Assembly: GCA_021108075.1 (NCBI GenBank)
Contig: JAIORP010000012.1
Location: forward strand, 6,539 to 70,538
Length of the DNA stretch: 64,000 nucleotides
Direction of reading: 5' to 3'
DNA from: Candidatus Omnitrophota bacterium
GTDB lineage: Bacteria > Omnitrophota > Gorgyraeia > Zapsychrales > Zapsychraceae
In this document: in pieces, positions 36,389 to 46,923 of the stretch
Numbering within the stretch: position 1 is the stretch's first letter
Layout: each line of letters starts with the position of its first letter
Made by a program: the position numbers and the translations under genes
The notes under the pieces: model-generated
Database searches by the model: none
Told to the model about the DNA's origin: nothing
The model's input: only the letters and a program-made list of their open reading frames with translations

Positions 36389-38725
36389 GTGCAAGACACC
36401 AAACGTTTATATGTTGAAATATTCGGACTTGTCCAGGGGGTCGGTTTTCGTCCGTTTGTTCATCGGTTGGCGCGAGGATTGAACCTGTTGGGTTGGGTTA
36501 AGAATTCATCCCAGGGCGTGTTGATTGAGGCCGAAGGGCCAACCGACCGATTAGAGACATTTATTTTACGTTTGCCCCGGGAAAAACCCCTGGTTTCCGC
36601 TATTTACAGTTTTAAATATTCCTATCTCGACCCTGTCGGATACAAGGAGTTTCAAATTCTTACCAGTGATGTCTCAGCTAAAAAGACAACACTGATCATG
36701 CCGGATATTGCCACTTGTCCGGAATGCTTAAAAGAAATTTTTGATCCAAACGACCGCCGGTATTTCTATCCATTTGCAAATTGCACACATTGCGGGCCGC
36801 GTTATACGATCATTGAAGGGTTGCCGTATGACCGCCCGAATACCTCTATGCGGAGGTTTAAAATGTGTGATGAATGCCAGGCAGAGTATGATAATCCGAG
36901 CAGCCGAAGGTTTCACGCGCAACCAAACGCGTGTCCTCAATGCGGTCCAGTCGTTGAGTTATGGGATAAGAACGGAAGGCGCCTTTCCTTTAAACAACAG
37001 GCGATTGACGATGTTGTCGTTCATTTAAAGGAAGGCCGGATTGTCGCGGTCAAAGGTCTGGGTGGTTTTCACCTGGTCTGTGACGCGATGAATGAAGAGT
37101 CGATCAGGCAGTTGAGGAGGAGGAAACACCGCGAGGCTAAACCGTTCGCGCTTATGTTTCCCCGGCTTGAAGACGTCCGCGATATTGTTGAAGTGTCTTT
37201 GCTGGAGGAACAGTTATTAACCTCCATTGAGTCTCCGATTGTCCTGTTAAGAAAAAATAAACGTGATATGGGCATGTGTCTGTCTGATAACATCGCGCCG
37301 GACAACCCTCACATCGGGGTCATGTTGCCGTATACTCCGTTGCATCACATTTTATTAAAATTGTTTGATCGTCCGGTCATCGCGACGAGCGCGAATATTT
37401 CCGATGAGCCGATTTGTATTCATGAGCGGGACGCTGTTGAACGCTTGAACGGCATCGCGGATTTCTTTTTGGTCCACAATCGTCCTATCGTTCATCATTG
37501 CGATGATTCCATTGTGCGTCTCATGCATCAACGGCCCATGGTGCTGAGACGGGCGAGAGGGTATGCGCCATTGCCGGTACCTATTCGACAGGGAAGGGGG
37601 AATATCCTTGCTGTTGGGGCACATTTGAAGAATTCGATTGCCATGAGCGTTAATAACCATGTCTTTTTAAGTCAACATATCGGCGATTTGGAGACAAAAA
37701 TGTCTTATGACACATTTGAAAGGACGATTAATGCTTTTAAGAGTTTGTATGATATCCACGATATCCGGATTGTTCGCGATCAACATGATCATTATTTTTC
37801 GAGTCAATACGCGCAAAAGATGCGTTCGGATTGCGTAAAAGTGCAGCATCACCATGCTCATATCGTTTCGTGTATGGTGGAGAACCAATTGGAGGGCACT
37901 GTCCTGGGGGTGGCCTGGGATGGAACGGGGCTGGGATTAGATCATACCTTGTGGGGTGGCGAGTTCCTTAAAGCCTCGTTGGAGTCGTTTAAGCGGATCG
38001 GTACGATTTATCCTTTTTCTTTGCCTGGAGGTGAAGTCGCGATCAAAGAACCCCGCCGGACAGCTGTTTCTTTATTGTGGGTCACGTTGGGAGATGACAT
38101 TTGGGATTATCAGGATTTGCCCGCGTTGAAATCATTTACCGCTGAAGAGTTGAAAATTTTGATCCGGATGCTGACACAAGATGTGAACGCGCCCGCTTCA
38201 ACAAGTATCGGCCGTTTATTTGATGGTATCGCTTCTATTTGTGGTTTGAATCACATTAATCAATTTGAAGGACAGGCGCCGATGGCCCTGGAACATTGTG
38301 TCCGGCATCATGATGACAACGCCGCCTATTCGTTCTTAATTAATAACATGGGAGATGAACAAACTGATATTATTAACGATGATAATCTTATGTGGATTGT
38401 TGATTGGCGTCCCATCTTGCGGGAAATCATTTTTGATTTGCGAATTGAAAAAACAGTAGACATTATCGCTGAAAAATTTCATAATACGCTCGTTAATATT
38501 CTGATCGCTATCGCCAGGAAAGCCGGATTGTCAAAGGTTGTTTTGTCCGGTGGCTGTTTTCAGAATCAGTATTTGTTAGAACATGCCGTAGATCAGTTGT
38601 TAAAGGCCGGTTTTAGCCCGTACTGGCATCAACTGATCCCTCCAAACGATGGAGGCATCGCTTTAGGACAAGCGGCTGTTTGTCACTACCGCTTGATAAA
38701 AGAAAGAGGAGATCGGGAATCGTGA
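36389..38725 (+). CDS. hypF: Carbamoyltransferase HypF
   Basis: Acylphosphatase GLVQGVGFRP, Zn fingers, KGLGGFHL, QHHHAH, DGTG, PNDGGIALGQ. Confidence 0.96.
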   Translation: MQDTKRLYVEIFGLVQGVGFRPFVHRLARGLNLLGWVKNSSQGVLIEAEGPTDRLETFILRLPREKPLVSAIYSFKYSYLDPVGYKEFQILTSDVSAKKTTLIMPDIATCPECLKEIFDPNDRRYFYPFANCTHCGPRYTIIEGLPYDRPNTSMRRFKMCDECQAEYDNPSSRRFHAQPNACPQCGPVVELWDKNGRRLSFKQQAIDDVVVHLKEGRIVAVKGLGGFHLVCDAMNEESIRQLRRRKHREAKPFALMFPRLEDVRDIVEVSLLEEQLLTSIESPIVLLRKNKRDMGMCLSDNIAPDNPHIGVMLPYTPLHHILLKLFDRPVIATSANISDEPICIHERDAVERLNGIADFFLVHNRPIVHHCDDSIVRLMHQRPMVLRRARGYAPLPVPIRQGRGNILAVGAHLKNSIAMSVNNHVFLSQHIGDLETKMSYDTFERTINAFKSLYDIHDIRIVRDQHDHYFSSQYAQKMRSDCVKVQHHHAHIVSCMVENQLEGTVLGVAWDGTGLGLDHTLWGGEFLKASLESFKRIGTIYPFSLPGGEVAIKEPRRTAVSLLWVTLGDDIWDYQDLPALKSFTAEELKILIRMLTQDVNAPASTSIGRLFDGIASICGLNHINQFEGQAPMALEHCVRHHDDNAAYSFLINNMGDEQTDIINDDNLMWIVDWRPILREIIFDLRIEKTVDIIAEKFHNTLVNILIAIARKAGLSKVVLSGGCFQNQYLLEHAVDQLLKAGFSPYWHQLIPPNDGGIALGQAAVCHYRLIKERGDRES

Positions 38726-38786
38726 CGGGCAGGCAGGGATCGTTCCTTACGATTGTTTTTACGCAGGAACAGGAGGATGTGTTTAT

Positions 38787-39020
38787 ATGTGTTTAGCCGT
38801 ACCTGGAAAAATAATGAATATCGATGGAGAGGACCCGCTTACCCGTCAGGGCAAGATTGACTTTGGGGGCATATTTAAAGAATCTTCCCTGGCCTATGTG
38901 CCGGAAGCAAAGATCGGCGATTATGTGATTGTCCACGCGGGTTTTGCTATCAGCATTGTTGATGAAGAAGAAGCCGTAGAGACGTTAAAGATGTTGGCTG
39001 AGATGGGGGACTTGAGCTAG
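38787..39020 (+). CDS. hypC: HypC chaperone
   Basis: MCLAVPGK, VHAGFAI. Confidence 0.96.
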   Translation: MCLAVPGKIMNIDGEDPLTRQGKIDFGGIFKESSLAYVPEAKIGDYVIVHAGFAISIVDEEEAVETLKMLAEMGDLS

Positions 39021-39114
39021 GAGAAATAAAACTTAGCTCCAAACGTGATCGACCGGAAGACAACCAGGAGAGGTCATTCTTTTGCTCCGGCCGCCATGCT
39101 CAAAATTTATTACC

Positions 39115-40203
39115 ATGAAATATATCGACGAATTCAGAAATCCACAATTAGCTCAGGCATTAATCGCTCAAATCCAAAAGGTTGTCACTCGGCCCCATGT
39201 TATCATGGAGGTCTGTGGGGGGCAAACCCACGCGATTGTTAAATACGGCATTGATAAATTACTGCCCCGAGGAGTGGAACTGGTGCACGGTCCAGGATGT
39301 CCTGTGTGCGTGACTCCCGTGGAACTGATTGATAAAGCGGTTGAAATCGCCGCCTTACCGCATGTCATTTTTTGTTCTTTTGGGGATATGCTGCGGGTGC
39401 CGGGAACACAGAAAGATTTATTCTCGGTAAAGGCGGAAGGGGGAGATATTCGCGTTGTCTATTCCCCTCTGGATGCCCTGAAGATCGCTAAAGAAAATCA
39501 GGATAAAGAGGTCGTGTTCTTCGCGATAGGTTTTGAAACAACAGCTCCGGGCAATGCCATGGTTGTTTATCAAGCGCGGGAACAACATGTTTCAAATTTT
39601 TCTGTGCTTGTCTCACATGTACTTGTTCCTCCGGCCGTGGAAGCGGTGTTGTCCTCACCGGAAAATAAAGTGCAGGGGTTTTTAGCGGCAGGTCATGTTT
39701 GCACGGTTATGGGGCTGGAGGAATACGAGCGGCTGGCTGAAAAGTATCATGTGCCGTTTGTCATAACGGGCTTTGAGCCGCTGGACCTTCTGTGGGGAAT
39801 TTATCAATGCTTAAAACAATTAGAAGAACGGCGTTATGACGTCGAGAATGCCTACGCCCGGTCTGTTCGTCATGACGGAAATGTTCATGCCAAACAGATT
39901 ATGCGGAAAGTTTTTCGGATTGCGACGCGTAAATGGCGTGGTATCGGTCCGATCGAGAACAGTGGTTATGAATTAACAGAGGATTACGCGGCTTATGATG
40001 CCCAAAAAAAATTTGGTTTAACCTTGTATCAGGTTGAAGAGAACACAGAGTGTATCAGCGGACTGATTTTGCGGGGTTTGAAAAAACCGGATGAATGCCC
40101 TTTGTTCGCCCGTTCCTGTAGCCCGGAACATCCTTACGGGGCGACAATGGTTTCCAGTGAAGGGGCCTGCGCGGCATACTATTTGTACCGTGCGAGATCA
40201 TAG
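39115..40203 (+). CDS. hypD: HypD
   Basis: [33 protein letters not shown]; start at MKYIDEFR. Confidence 0.96.
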   Translation: MKYIDEFRNPQLAQALIAQIQKVVTRPHVIMEVCGGQTHAIVKYGIDKLLPRGVELVHGPGCPVCVTPVELIDKAVEIAALPHVIFCSFGDMLRVPGTQKDLFSVKAEGGDIRVVYSPLDALKIAKENQDKEVVFFAIGFETTAPGNAMVVYQAREQHVSNFSVLVSHVLVPPAVEAVLSSPENKVQGFLAAGHVCTVMGLEEYERLAEKYHVPFVITGFEPLDLLWGIYQCLKQLEERRYDVENAYARSVRHDGNVHAKQIMRKVFRIATRKWRGIGPIENSGYELTEDYAAYDAQKKFGLTLYQVEENTECISGLILRGLKKPDECPLFARSCSPEHPYGATMVSSEGACAAYYLYRARS

Positions 40204-40332
40204 GGTCCGGAAGGTCATCCTGTCTTTCCGTGCCTGATTTGAGTCGTATAAATAATCATGAACGTCCTTTGGATGGTATAAGAATATCTTTAAGAGCGCC
40301 TGTTTCAGGGGATATCAGATACAGGGTTTGTT

Positions 40333-40438
40333 ATCCCTGTCTTATTAAATAATTTTTCTGTTTTCTCGTCGCTATTTTCGTAAAAGCGTTCGCAAAAAAC
40401 GATGAGAATTTTTGGCGATTCATTAATGGATTTGGTAT
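40333..40438. repeat. MITE-like repeat, diverged copy
   Basis: ATTAAATAATTTTTCTGTTTTCTCG...ATTCATTAATGGATTTGGTAT. Confidence 0.6.
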
Positions 40439-40456
40439 GACTGCCCGTGAGGTTTT

Positions 40457-41506
40457 ATGATGAATGATTTCAATGTTTCTTGTCCTATCCCGGTTAAGGA
40501 TTATCCCTATGTTTTGTTGTCGCACGGGAGCGGCGGGAAATTAATGTACCAGTTGATTAACAAAATGTTTTTAAAGGCCTTTGAGAATGATATTTTATTA
40601 CAAGGCCATGATGCCGCTGTTCTGCCGGCTGAGGCCGGGGAGCTGGCCTTCACAACAGACTCCTATGTCGTGCATCCGCTCTTTTTTCCCGGCGGTGATA
40701 TTGGCTCAATGGCCGTTTATGGAACGGTGAATGATTTATCCATGGCCGGGGCGCGGCCAAAGTATATCAGCGTCGGTTTTATCATTGAAGAAGGCTTAGC
40801 GATGGACACATTATGGCGGATCGTCCAATCCATGGGCCAGGCCGCTCAAAGAGTGGGCGTTCAAATCGCCACAGGTGACACGAAAGTTGTGGATAAAGGA
40901 CATGGCGATGGAATTTTTATTAACACCGCGGGTATCGGGGTGCTACCGGCTAATCAGGCCATTGGGCCAGGGCATATTCAATCCGGTGACGCCATCATTG
41001 TTAGCGGTGATATCGGTCGGCATGGGATCGCGATTATGAGCGTCCGTCAGGGCATCGCTTTTGAAACAGAGATTACGAGCGACTTAGCCCCGTTGCATCG
41101 CCTGGTCCAGTCCTTGCTTGACGCTGGTTTGAATATTCATTGTCTGCGTGATTTAACACGGGGAGGATTGGCCACAACCTTAAATGAATTCGCCCGGTCT
41201 TCTCATCGGGGGATGAAGATCGATGAAAACGCGGTGCCTGTTCGTCAGGATGTCGTGAATGCTTGCGAAATTTTAGGATTCGATCCTCTGCAGATGGCCT
41301 GCGAAGGCCGGTGTGTGATATGTGTTCCCCAGGATCAGGTTGAGCAAACATTGGCGATTTGCAGAGATTTTCCTGAAGGGCAATCCGCCAGTGTCGTGGG
41401 GCGGGTCATTGACTCGGCCCCCGGTCAAGTTGTTCTTCAAACGCCTTTAGGTGTTGACCGTTTGATTGACATGCCAACCGGGGAACAGCTTCCCCGTATT
41501 TGTTAG
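40457..41506 (+). CDS. hypE: HypE
   Basis: HGSGG, TTDSYVV, GTVNDL, GDTKVV, RDLTRGG, C-terminal PRIC. Confidence 0.96.
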   Translation: MMNDFNVSCPIPVKDYPYVLLSHGSGGKLMYQLINKMFLKAFENDILLQGHDAAVLPAEAGELAFTTDSYVVHPLFFPGGDIGSMAVYGTVNDLSMAGARPKYISVGFIIEEGLAMDTLWRIVQSMGQAAQRVGVQIATGDTKVVDKGHGDGIFINTAGIGVLPANQAIGPGHIQSGDAIIVSGDIGRHGIAIMSVRQGIAFETEITSDLAPLHRLVQSLLDAGLNIHCLRDLTRGGLATTLNEFARSSHRGMKIDENAVPVRQDVVNACEILGFDPLQMACEGRCVICVPQDQVEQTLAICRDFPEGQSASVVGRVIDSAPGQVVLQTPLGVDRLIDMPTGEQLPRIC

Positions 41507-41710
41507 CCGGGCATGTTTCCCCCGTGTGTTCTTTCTGATGACCCGGGCCATGTTTGATTCGGTTTCTTGTGATTGACAAGAGCTTTTAAGATAGTACAAT
41601 TGTTGGTATTCAAGGAGGGGGATCAGGAGACGGTTTATTCAACGTGAAAGGCCGCGTCTAAAAACAGTTTCCATATCAGCATTTTTTACTAATGCCAGTT
41701 TCTGTTTAAT

Positions 41711-42430
41711 ATGAGGTTTCCATTAATATTTTTTGTTTTTTGTGTCGCCGTTATTCTGGGCTTTTTGCTTTTAGGCCGAAGTCTTTGGTATCCGTGGTAT
41801 CTTTCGGCAAAAGGAGATAAGACGGTCGTCTCTGTCATCGAGGAATTATCTCCCGATGTTCGGCAAAGATTAATAATTCTTTTTCAAACGGCGGATATGA
41901 CTTATCCTCCGAAAGAGGTCGCCTTTTTAGCCATCAAAGATCTGAAGGTGTTAGAGTTGTGGGCAAAGGATAACAGCGTCTGGAAGCATATAACAACGTA
42001 TGACATCCAGGCGGCCAGTGGGCGATTAGGGCCTAAACTTAAAGAGGGGGATGGGCAAGTGCCTGAGGGGATTTATCAGATTGAAGGTTTGAACCCCAAT
42101 AGCGCGTATCATTTATCCATGAAAATAAATTACCCGAATGATTTTGACCTGAAATGGGCGAAAGTTGAAGGCCGGTCCCGGCCGGGTTCGGATATCTTTA
42201 TTCATGGTGAGGCTGTTTCCGTGGGGTGCCTGGCCATGGGCAATGAAGCGATCGAAGAATTATTTTTTCTCGCGGACGCGGTCGGTATCCCCAATGCCAC
42301 GGTCATCATTGCCCCGACAGATCCAAGAATATCAAGTTTGATCAAGTCGGAGTACCAAAGGAATTGGCATAAAGAACTTGATCAAATAATTGAATCGGCT
42401 TTTTCTGAAATAGTTTCAGGCGCGCGTTAA
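41711..42430 (+). CDS. L,D-transpeptidase (YkuD) family protein, YafK/DpaA-like
   Basis: N-terminal anchor, GPKLKEGDGQVPEG, catalytic IFIHG...SVGC. Confidence 0.85.
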   Translation: MRFPLIFFVFCVAVILGFLLLGRSLWYPWYLSAKGDKTVVSVIEELSPDVRQRLIILFQTADMTYPPKEVAFLAIKDLKVLELWAKDNSVWKHITTYDIQAASGRLGPKLKEGDGQVPEGIYQIEGLNPNSAYHLSMKINYPNDFDLKWAKVEGRSRPGSDIFIHGEAVSVGCLAMGNEAIEELFFLADAVGIPNATVIIAPTDPRISSLIKSEYQRNWHKELDQIIESAFSEIVSGAR

Positions 42431-42560
42431 TACCCATCATTCCCCCGGAGTATTTTTCTCACGTAAGTTTCCTTGACATAATAATGTTCTCTACCTGCCC
42501 GGATAGAAATGATAAGTGCCATATTCATGAAGAAAAGGTATATTCAGTATGAAGGCTAAG

Positions 42561-42631
42561 GAAATTTTTTTTCGACGCTAAGGCAAAAATATCAGAATTG
42601 AAATAGAACAATTCATTAATGGACTTGGTAT
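42561..42631. repeat. MITE-like repeat, right-hand part
   Basis: TTCGACGCTAAGGCAAAAATATCAGAATTGAAATAGAACAATTCATTAATGGACTTGGTAT. Confidence 0.75.
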
Positions 42632-42644
42632 AACACGCGAGCTT

Positions 42645-42684
42645 AAAAAAAGAGTCAGCAACCGAAGGTCGCCGGCTCTTTTTT
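42645..42684. terminator. Bidirectional terminator between convergent genes
   Basis: AAAAAAAGAGTCAGC...GCCGGCTCTTTTTT. Confidence 0.6.
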
Positions 42685-42685
42685 A

Positions 42686-44143
42686 TCAGGACAATGAAGC
42701 CGGGTGTGTGCCGATAGGCCGGGCTTCTTGCCTTTGGGGTAAGTCATTTGGCAACATGTTTCTTAAACGTTTAAATAAAAAGTTCGGGTTAAAATCATTA
42801 AGGATGAGTTCCAGCAAAGGCAGCATGTATTTCAGCATTTTTTTTTGAATGACGATATCCCAGACCGGGTCGATTTTTTTCCAGCCGCCGGTATAAGCGA
42901 TTTGCCGGATGGCCTTTGGCAGTGAATCCTGCTTGAGCGCGCCTTTAAAAATGGAACGCCATTTGTAGAAATTGTCATGGGCGTCAATCAGCCCCTGGTC
43001 CAGCCTTTCAGGGCTCATTTTAGAGGGTTGAAAGACGGCATGTTTGGCGTCATAGAGTTTCCAGTTCTTATGAAGCAGCCTGTTTTGTTTTTCCAGTTGT
43101 GTGTATAGCGTCGTGCCCGGGTAGGGGGTCAGGATATGAAAGGAAGAGGTCTCGACGCTGTTTTTGATCGCCCAATCCACGGTCCTTTTGAAAACAGATT
43201 CATCATCATTGTCCATGCCAAAAACAAAACTGGCGTTGACCATAACACCCAATGAATGAAGTTTATGGATCGCGGCGACGTAATCGCGGTTTAAGTTTTG
43301 GTGTTTGTTATACGCCTTCAAATTTGACGCGCTCAATGTTTCAAACCCGACGAACAAACTTCGCAGGCCACAGGCGGCCGCTTTTTCAACGAGGTCCGTG
43401 TTTAAGATCGCGTGAACGGTACCGGCGGCTTGCCAGGCTTTTTTCATCGGACGCATTCCCTTAAATAAATCGGAAGCAAAGCGGGGATCTCCAAATAAAT
43501 TATCATCCAAAAAAAATAAATGTTTGCCTTCCAGGCTTTCGATTTCTTCTAAGGCCGCGTCGACACGCATCGTATAAAAAGAACGGCCGCCTTGATAAAA
43601 ATTGTTTTTGTAGCAAAAGTCACAACGGTGGGGGCATCCGCGTGAGACAACAATTGAGTTGGGTGTGAGGTAAAGGTCTTTTTTGAAAAGGTCCCGCCTG
43701 ATCCTCGGAGCGCCGACGAGCGTTCGGTGACACGATTGATATTTCTTTTGGGGATGACCGGCGCGGAAATCTTTGAGAAATACCGGCCAGATATCCTCCC
43801 CGGGTCCCAGGCAAATGGTGTCGGCGTGTCGCGCCGCTTCATCCGGCAGCGCGGTAACATGCAACCCGCCCATAACCACGTGAACAGATTTTTTTCGATA
43901 CGCGTCAGCGATCGCGTACGCCCGAAAAGCATTTGTTATATAGGTCTGAATGACGACCAAATCCGGGCGATCATCCAGATTCAGTTCCTGAACATGTTCG
44001 TCTTCAATGGTCACGTCGTCGTCCGGGTCAAGGTACCCGGCGAGGGTGGCTAAGCCTAGGGGCGGGAATCGGTAATAACCTATTTTTCGCCAATTTTCAT
44101 TTGTTTCATCGATAAGGGCGGGTAAAATCATTTTGATTTTCAT
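42686..44143 (-). CDS. B12-binding radical SAM protein
   Basis: PPLGLATLA, VMGGLH, SRGCPHRCDFC. AGGAG RBS supports start 44143 (MKIKMIL). Confidence 0.9.
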   Translation of the reverse strand: MKIKMILPALIDETNENWRKIGYYRFPPLGLATLAGYLDPDDDVTIEDEHVQELNLDDRPDLVVIQTYITNAFRAYAIADAYRKKSVHVVMGGLHVTALPDEAARHADTICLGPGEDIWPVFLKDFRAGHPQKKYQSCHRTLVGAPRIRRDLFKKDLYLTPNSIVVSRGCPHRCDFCYKNNFYQGGRSFYTMRVDAALEEIESLEGKHLFFLDDNLFGDPRFASDLFKGMRPMKKAWQAAGTVHAILNTDLVEKAAACGLRSLFVGFETLSASNLKAYNKHQNLNRDYVAAIHKLHSLGVMVNASFVFGMDNDDESVFKRTVDWAIKNSVETSSFHILTPYPGTTLYTQLEKQNRLLHKNWKLYDAKHAVFQPSKMSPERLDQGLIDAHDNFYKWRSIFKGALKQDSLPKAIRQIAYTGGWKKIDPVWDIVIQKKMLKYMLPLLELILNDFNPNFLFKRLRNMLPNDLPQRQEARPIGTHPASLS

Positions 44144-44234
44144 TGTCAATCTCCTGTGCGGGTAAAGTGAAGCCATCAATGATGAACTTCATTGTTTATG
44201 TTTTTTACCGGGCCCCGGGGGTATTTTTAACACT

Positions 44235-44274
44235 AGTGTATTAGTAGTATAATACACTAATACACGCATGTCAA
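44235..44274 (-). promoter_or_regulatory. sigma70 promoter overlapped by a GntR/YtrA-like palindromic operator
   Basis: Minus strand TTGACA, 17 bp, TATACT. Palindrome AGTGTATTA-N6-TAATACACT at 44235-44258. Confidence 0.65.
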
Positions 44275-44350
44275 TAGTGATACCAAATCCATATGGCAGG
44301 ATTTGACAATTTGTTCTAACGCTATAAAATGATTAAACATTTGCTTTTTT

Positions 44351-44432
44351 ATACCAAATCCATTAATGAATTGTTCTATTTCAATTTTGATATTTTTGCC
44401 GTAGCGTCGAGGAAAGCGGAACCGGTTCAGGT
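44351..44432. repeat. MITE-like repeat, reverse orientation, partial
   Basis: ATACCAAATCCATTAATGAATTGTTCTATTTCAATTTTGATATTTTTGCCGTAGCGTCGA; an extra terminus ATACCAAATCCAT lies at 44280. Confidence 0.75.
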
Positions 44433-44614
44433 GTTAATCCATCCTCGCGTCGATCAGCCGGGATGTTGGCCTGTTTTATGACAATCCGGGTTTTCCGTTT
44501 GTGAACAAGATTGACAGCTTTGTCTGAAAAAAAATTGAGGTTCGGGTGCTGAAGCATTGTATGCGTCCGGGAGAAATGAGTCGACATTCCGTCAACAAAA
44601 TATAAGGAGAGCGC

Positions 44615-45937
44615 ATGGGAGGTTTTATTTTTTTATTTGTCATGATCGGCGTTATCTATATCGATGCGCGGTCGATGCAGCAAAAAGACAGCGGGTTGTA
44701 CCGGACGACCGTCAAATCACCGCCGGTCGCCTGGGCCTTGTTTTCATTCCTGTTTTTTATCGTGGTTGGCCCGATATATTATTATCTTCGCCGCCGGTTC
44801 CTTGAGGGATTAGAATTGAAAAGAGAGGAAGACGCGTTTTCAGGTGATGGTCCGCCTGTCGACCAGGACCGGTCAGATGCTTGTGAGGAGCATTTTTCAT
44901 GTGTTATGGAGTCGACCGGGGTTGTCATTCGATGGTTTTTTATTCTGGTGTGCGTCTCTTTGGCCTATGCCGCGCTCGCGTTATTTTTCCCGAATTTGAA
45001 CAGTATGCTCGTTCAGTTTGTTATTGTCGGACAGATAACGAGTCTTTCGATGCTTTTTCTTATTTATCAGGTGATAAAAAAGAACAGGGTCGCCGGGTTT
45101 TGGAAATCCTTGTCTGTGGTTAAGGTCGATCGTTTCTGGATAAAGGCGATTGTCATTCCGGTTGTGGCCGGGTGTGTGATGGCCGCTATCAACTATGCCA
45201 TTATTTCCAGCCGCGGGACAGATTCTCCCAGTCCTCTGGGGCAGGCGATGGTGGGCAGTGATGGTCTCACCATAACCATTTTTTTTCTGCTGGCGATTTT
45301 ATCCGCGCCGTTGGTCGAGGAATTGATTTTCCGGGGATATTTTTACGCGACAATAGCTCACGTGAAAGGCAAGGTCTATGCCTTTGTTGTGATTTCTTTG
45401 CTGTTTGCTTCCATACACATCGCGCAGTTATGGGGTGATTGGTTGGGGATCGGGGCTATTTTCTTTTTGGGCTTTTGTTTAACTTTTCTACGGTATTGGT
45501 CAGGGACAACAGTCGCGAGCATGATCGCCCACTTTGTTTATAATACCAGTATCGTGATTATTCCGTTGGTCTTTCTCGTCACCTCTTCTCCATCATTTTT
45601 TGAGTACACGTGGAAATATTCTCAGCTGGATTTTATTCAAAAAGAGGAGTTGTTGTTAACTAGTCTGGAAGAGGACCCTGATTTTCCAGCAGCATTGAAC
45701 GCCCTGGCCTGGCTGTATGCCGAACAGCATCAGGACCTGGAAAGGGCGTTGGAGCTGGTGGAAAAGGCCTTGACGCTTGAGCCGAATACCGCCGCCTATT
45801 TGGACACAAAGGCGGAGGTGCTGTATCAGTTGGACCGCTGTGAAGAAGCGGCCGCGATTGAAAGCAAACTTGTTGAACAATTTCCCGTTGTTGGTTTTTA
45901 TCAGGAGCAGTTAGAAAAGTTTGAGGCATGCCGGTAA
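44615..45937 (+). CDS. CPBP (Abi/CAAX) intramembrane metalloprotease with C-terminal TPRs
   Basis: EELIFRG, FASIH, AHFVYN; TPR ALNALAWLYA..ALELVEKAL..YLDTKAEV. Confidence 0.88.
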   Translation: MGGFIFLFVMIGVIYIDARSMQQKDSGLYRTTVKSPPVAWALFSFLFFIVVGPIYYYLRRRFLEGLELKREEDAFSGDGPPVDQDRSDACEEHFSCVMESTGVVIRWFFILVCVSLAYAALALFFPNLNSMLVQFVIVGQITSLSMLFLIYQVIKKNRVAGFWKSLSVVKVDRFWIKAIVIPVVAGCVMAAINYAIISSRGTDSPSPLGQAMVGSDGLTITIFFLLAILSAPLVEELIFRGYFYATIAHVKGKVYAFVVISLLFASIHIAQLWGDWLGIGAIFFLGFCLTFLRYWSGTTVASMIAHFVYNTSIVIIPLVFLVTSSPSFFEYTWKYSQLDFIQKEELLLTSLEEDPDFPAALNALAWLYAEQHQDLERALELVEKALTLEPNTAAYLDTKAEVLYQLDRCEEAAAIESKLVEQFPVVGFYQEQLEKFEACR

Positions 45938-46230
45938 AAGAAGAGCGGGGTTCGGGCATGCCCGTTCCCTACAGGATTATTGATTATTATGCCATGTAGG
46001 TTTGGCATAATAATATATTGATCTAAATCGATATTGTTGAAATGTGCGGGTATTTCTAACCAGGTTTTTTTAATAATTTCTCCTGATTCGTTTAATATCA
46101 TTTTGTCATTACTGATTGTTCCAAATTTTTCAATTCTATTATGCGCACAAATTGTTACAAAATAATATCCCGGCATGCGATAATCATATTCTTTTAATCT
46201 GTTTTGTTTTCGTTTTGGTGATTTGTCCAT
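45901..46230 (-). pseudogene. Truncated REP-associated tyrosine transposase (RAYT/Y1)
   Basis: RLKEYDYRMPGYYFVTIC N-terminus. HUH motif damaged (MPNLHGII vs MPNHxHGI). Runs into a GTAG REP; catalytic Tyr region missing. Confidence 0.8.
45946..45972 (-). repeat. GTAG-family REP palindrome
   Basis: Minus strand GTAGGGAACGGGCATGCCCGAACCCCG. Confidence 0.7.
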
Positions 46231-46243
46231 TTTATTATTTTGA

Positions 46244-46317
46244 TTATAACGAGAAAATCAGCCGCCTTTGGAGCCGTGAAGCGGCGGAAAAGGTCGGCTG
46301 TATTGCTTTGATATATG
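46244..46317 (-). mobile_element. Integron attC site
   Basis: Minus strand: R'' CATATATC, L'' AAT(A)CAG, CCG(A)CC ... GGCGG, L' CTGATT, R' GTTATAA. Two extrahelical bases; directly follows the stop of 46318..46923. Confidence 0.7.
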
Positions 46318-46923
46318 TTAATTTTCTATTTCACAAGCTCTAATTACCCCTTTAAGAATTATTTTGCGTAAATCATTAGTTGAGATTTTGGGGGAGACAG
46401 ATTGCTTGATTTTCCACTGGAAAATAATATTATCGTCATCGGGATTGTCATTAAAAAATATGATATCAAAATAAACTCCACGATGTACTATATCACAGCG
46501 TACCTTATATAGTAATGCTACAACTTCTTTCAGGGATAAATATGCGTCCTTTTGTAATTTTTCAGAGGGATATTTAATAAAAGATTTTTCTAACTTATCT
46601 TTTTCTTCCTCATTGAGAATATTTTCGAAAAATTTGTATACATACTTTTTGCTATCTCTTTCACCTGTATAATTAAATTTTATTTTTGCCGCCGCCTCAG
46701 CGATAATTATAAAAAATAAAACATCAAATGCTGGACGGCCTTGTTGATGTATTTTGTCTGCTAAATAGAGCATTCTTGCGCATTGGTGAACGATTATTCT
46801 TGAATTTCGATTTCCTCTTGCTTTCTTTACAAAGATTTTTGCATCTTTTTCAGAATTTAATACAGGTAAAAAATATTCCCACGGATCAATTTCTGCTATG
46901 TGTTTTTCTGTTTTAATTCTCAT
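46318..46923 (-). CDS. Integron cassette gene, HEPN-like (R-x4-H) putative RNase
   Basis: AT-rich. LYKVRCDIVHRG motif plus upstream IIIAE. Start codon lies inside a GTTATATG core site. Confidence 0.6.
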   Translation of the reverse strand: MRIKTEKHIAEIDPWEYFLPVLNSEKDAKIFVKKARGNRNSRIIVHQCARMLYLADKIHQQGRPAFDVLFFIIIAEAAAKIKFNYTGERDSKKYVYKFFENILNEEEKDKLEKSFIKYPSEKLQKDAYLSLKEVVALLYKVRCDIVHRGVYFDIIFFNDNPDDDNIIFQWKIKQSVSPKISTNDLRKIILKGVIRACEIEN

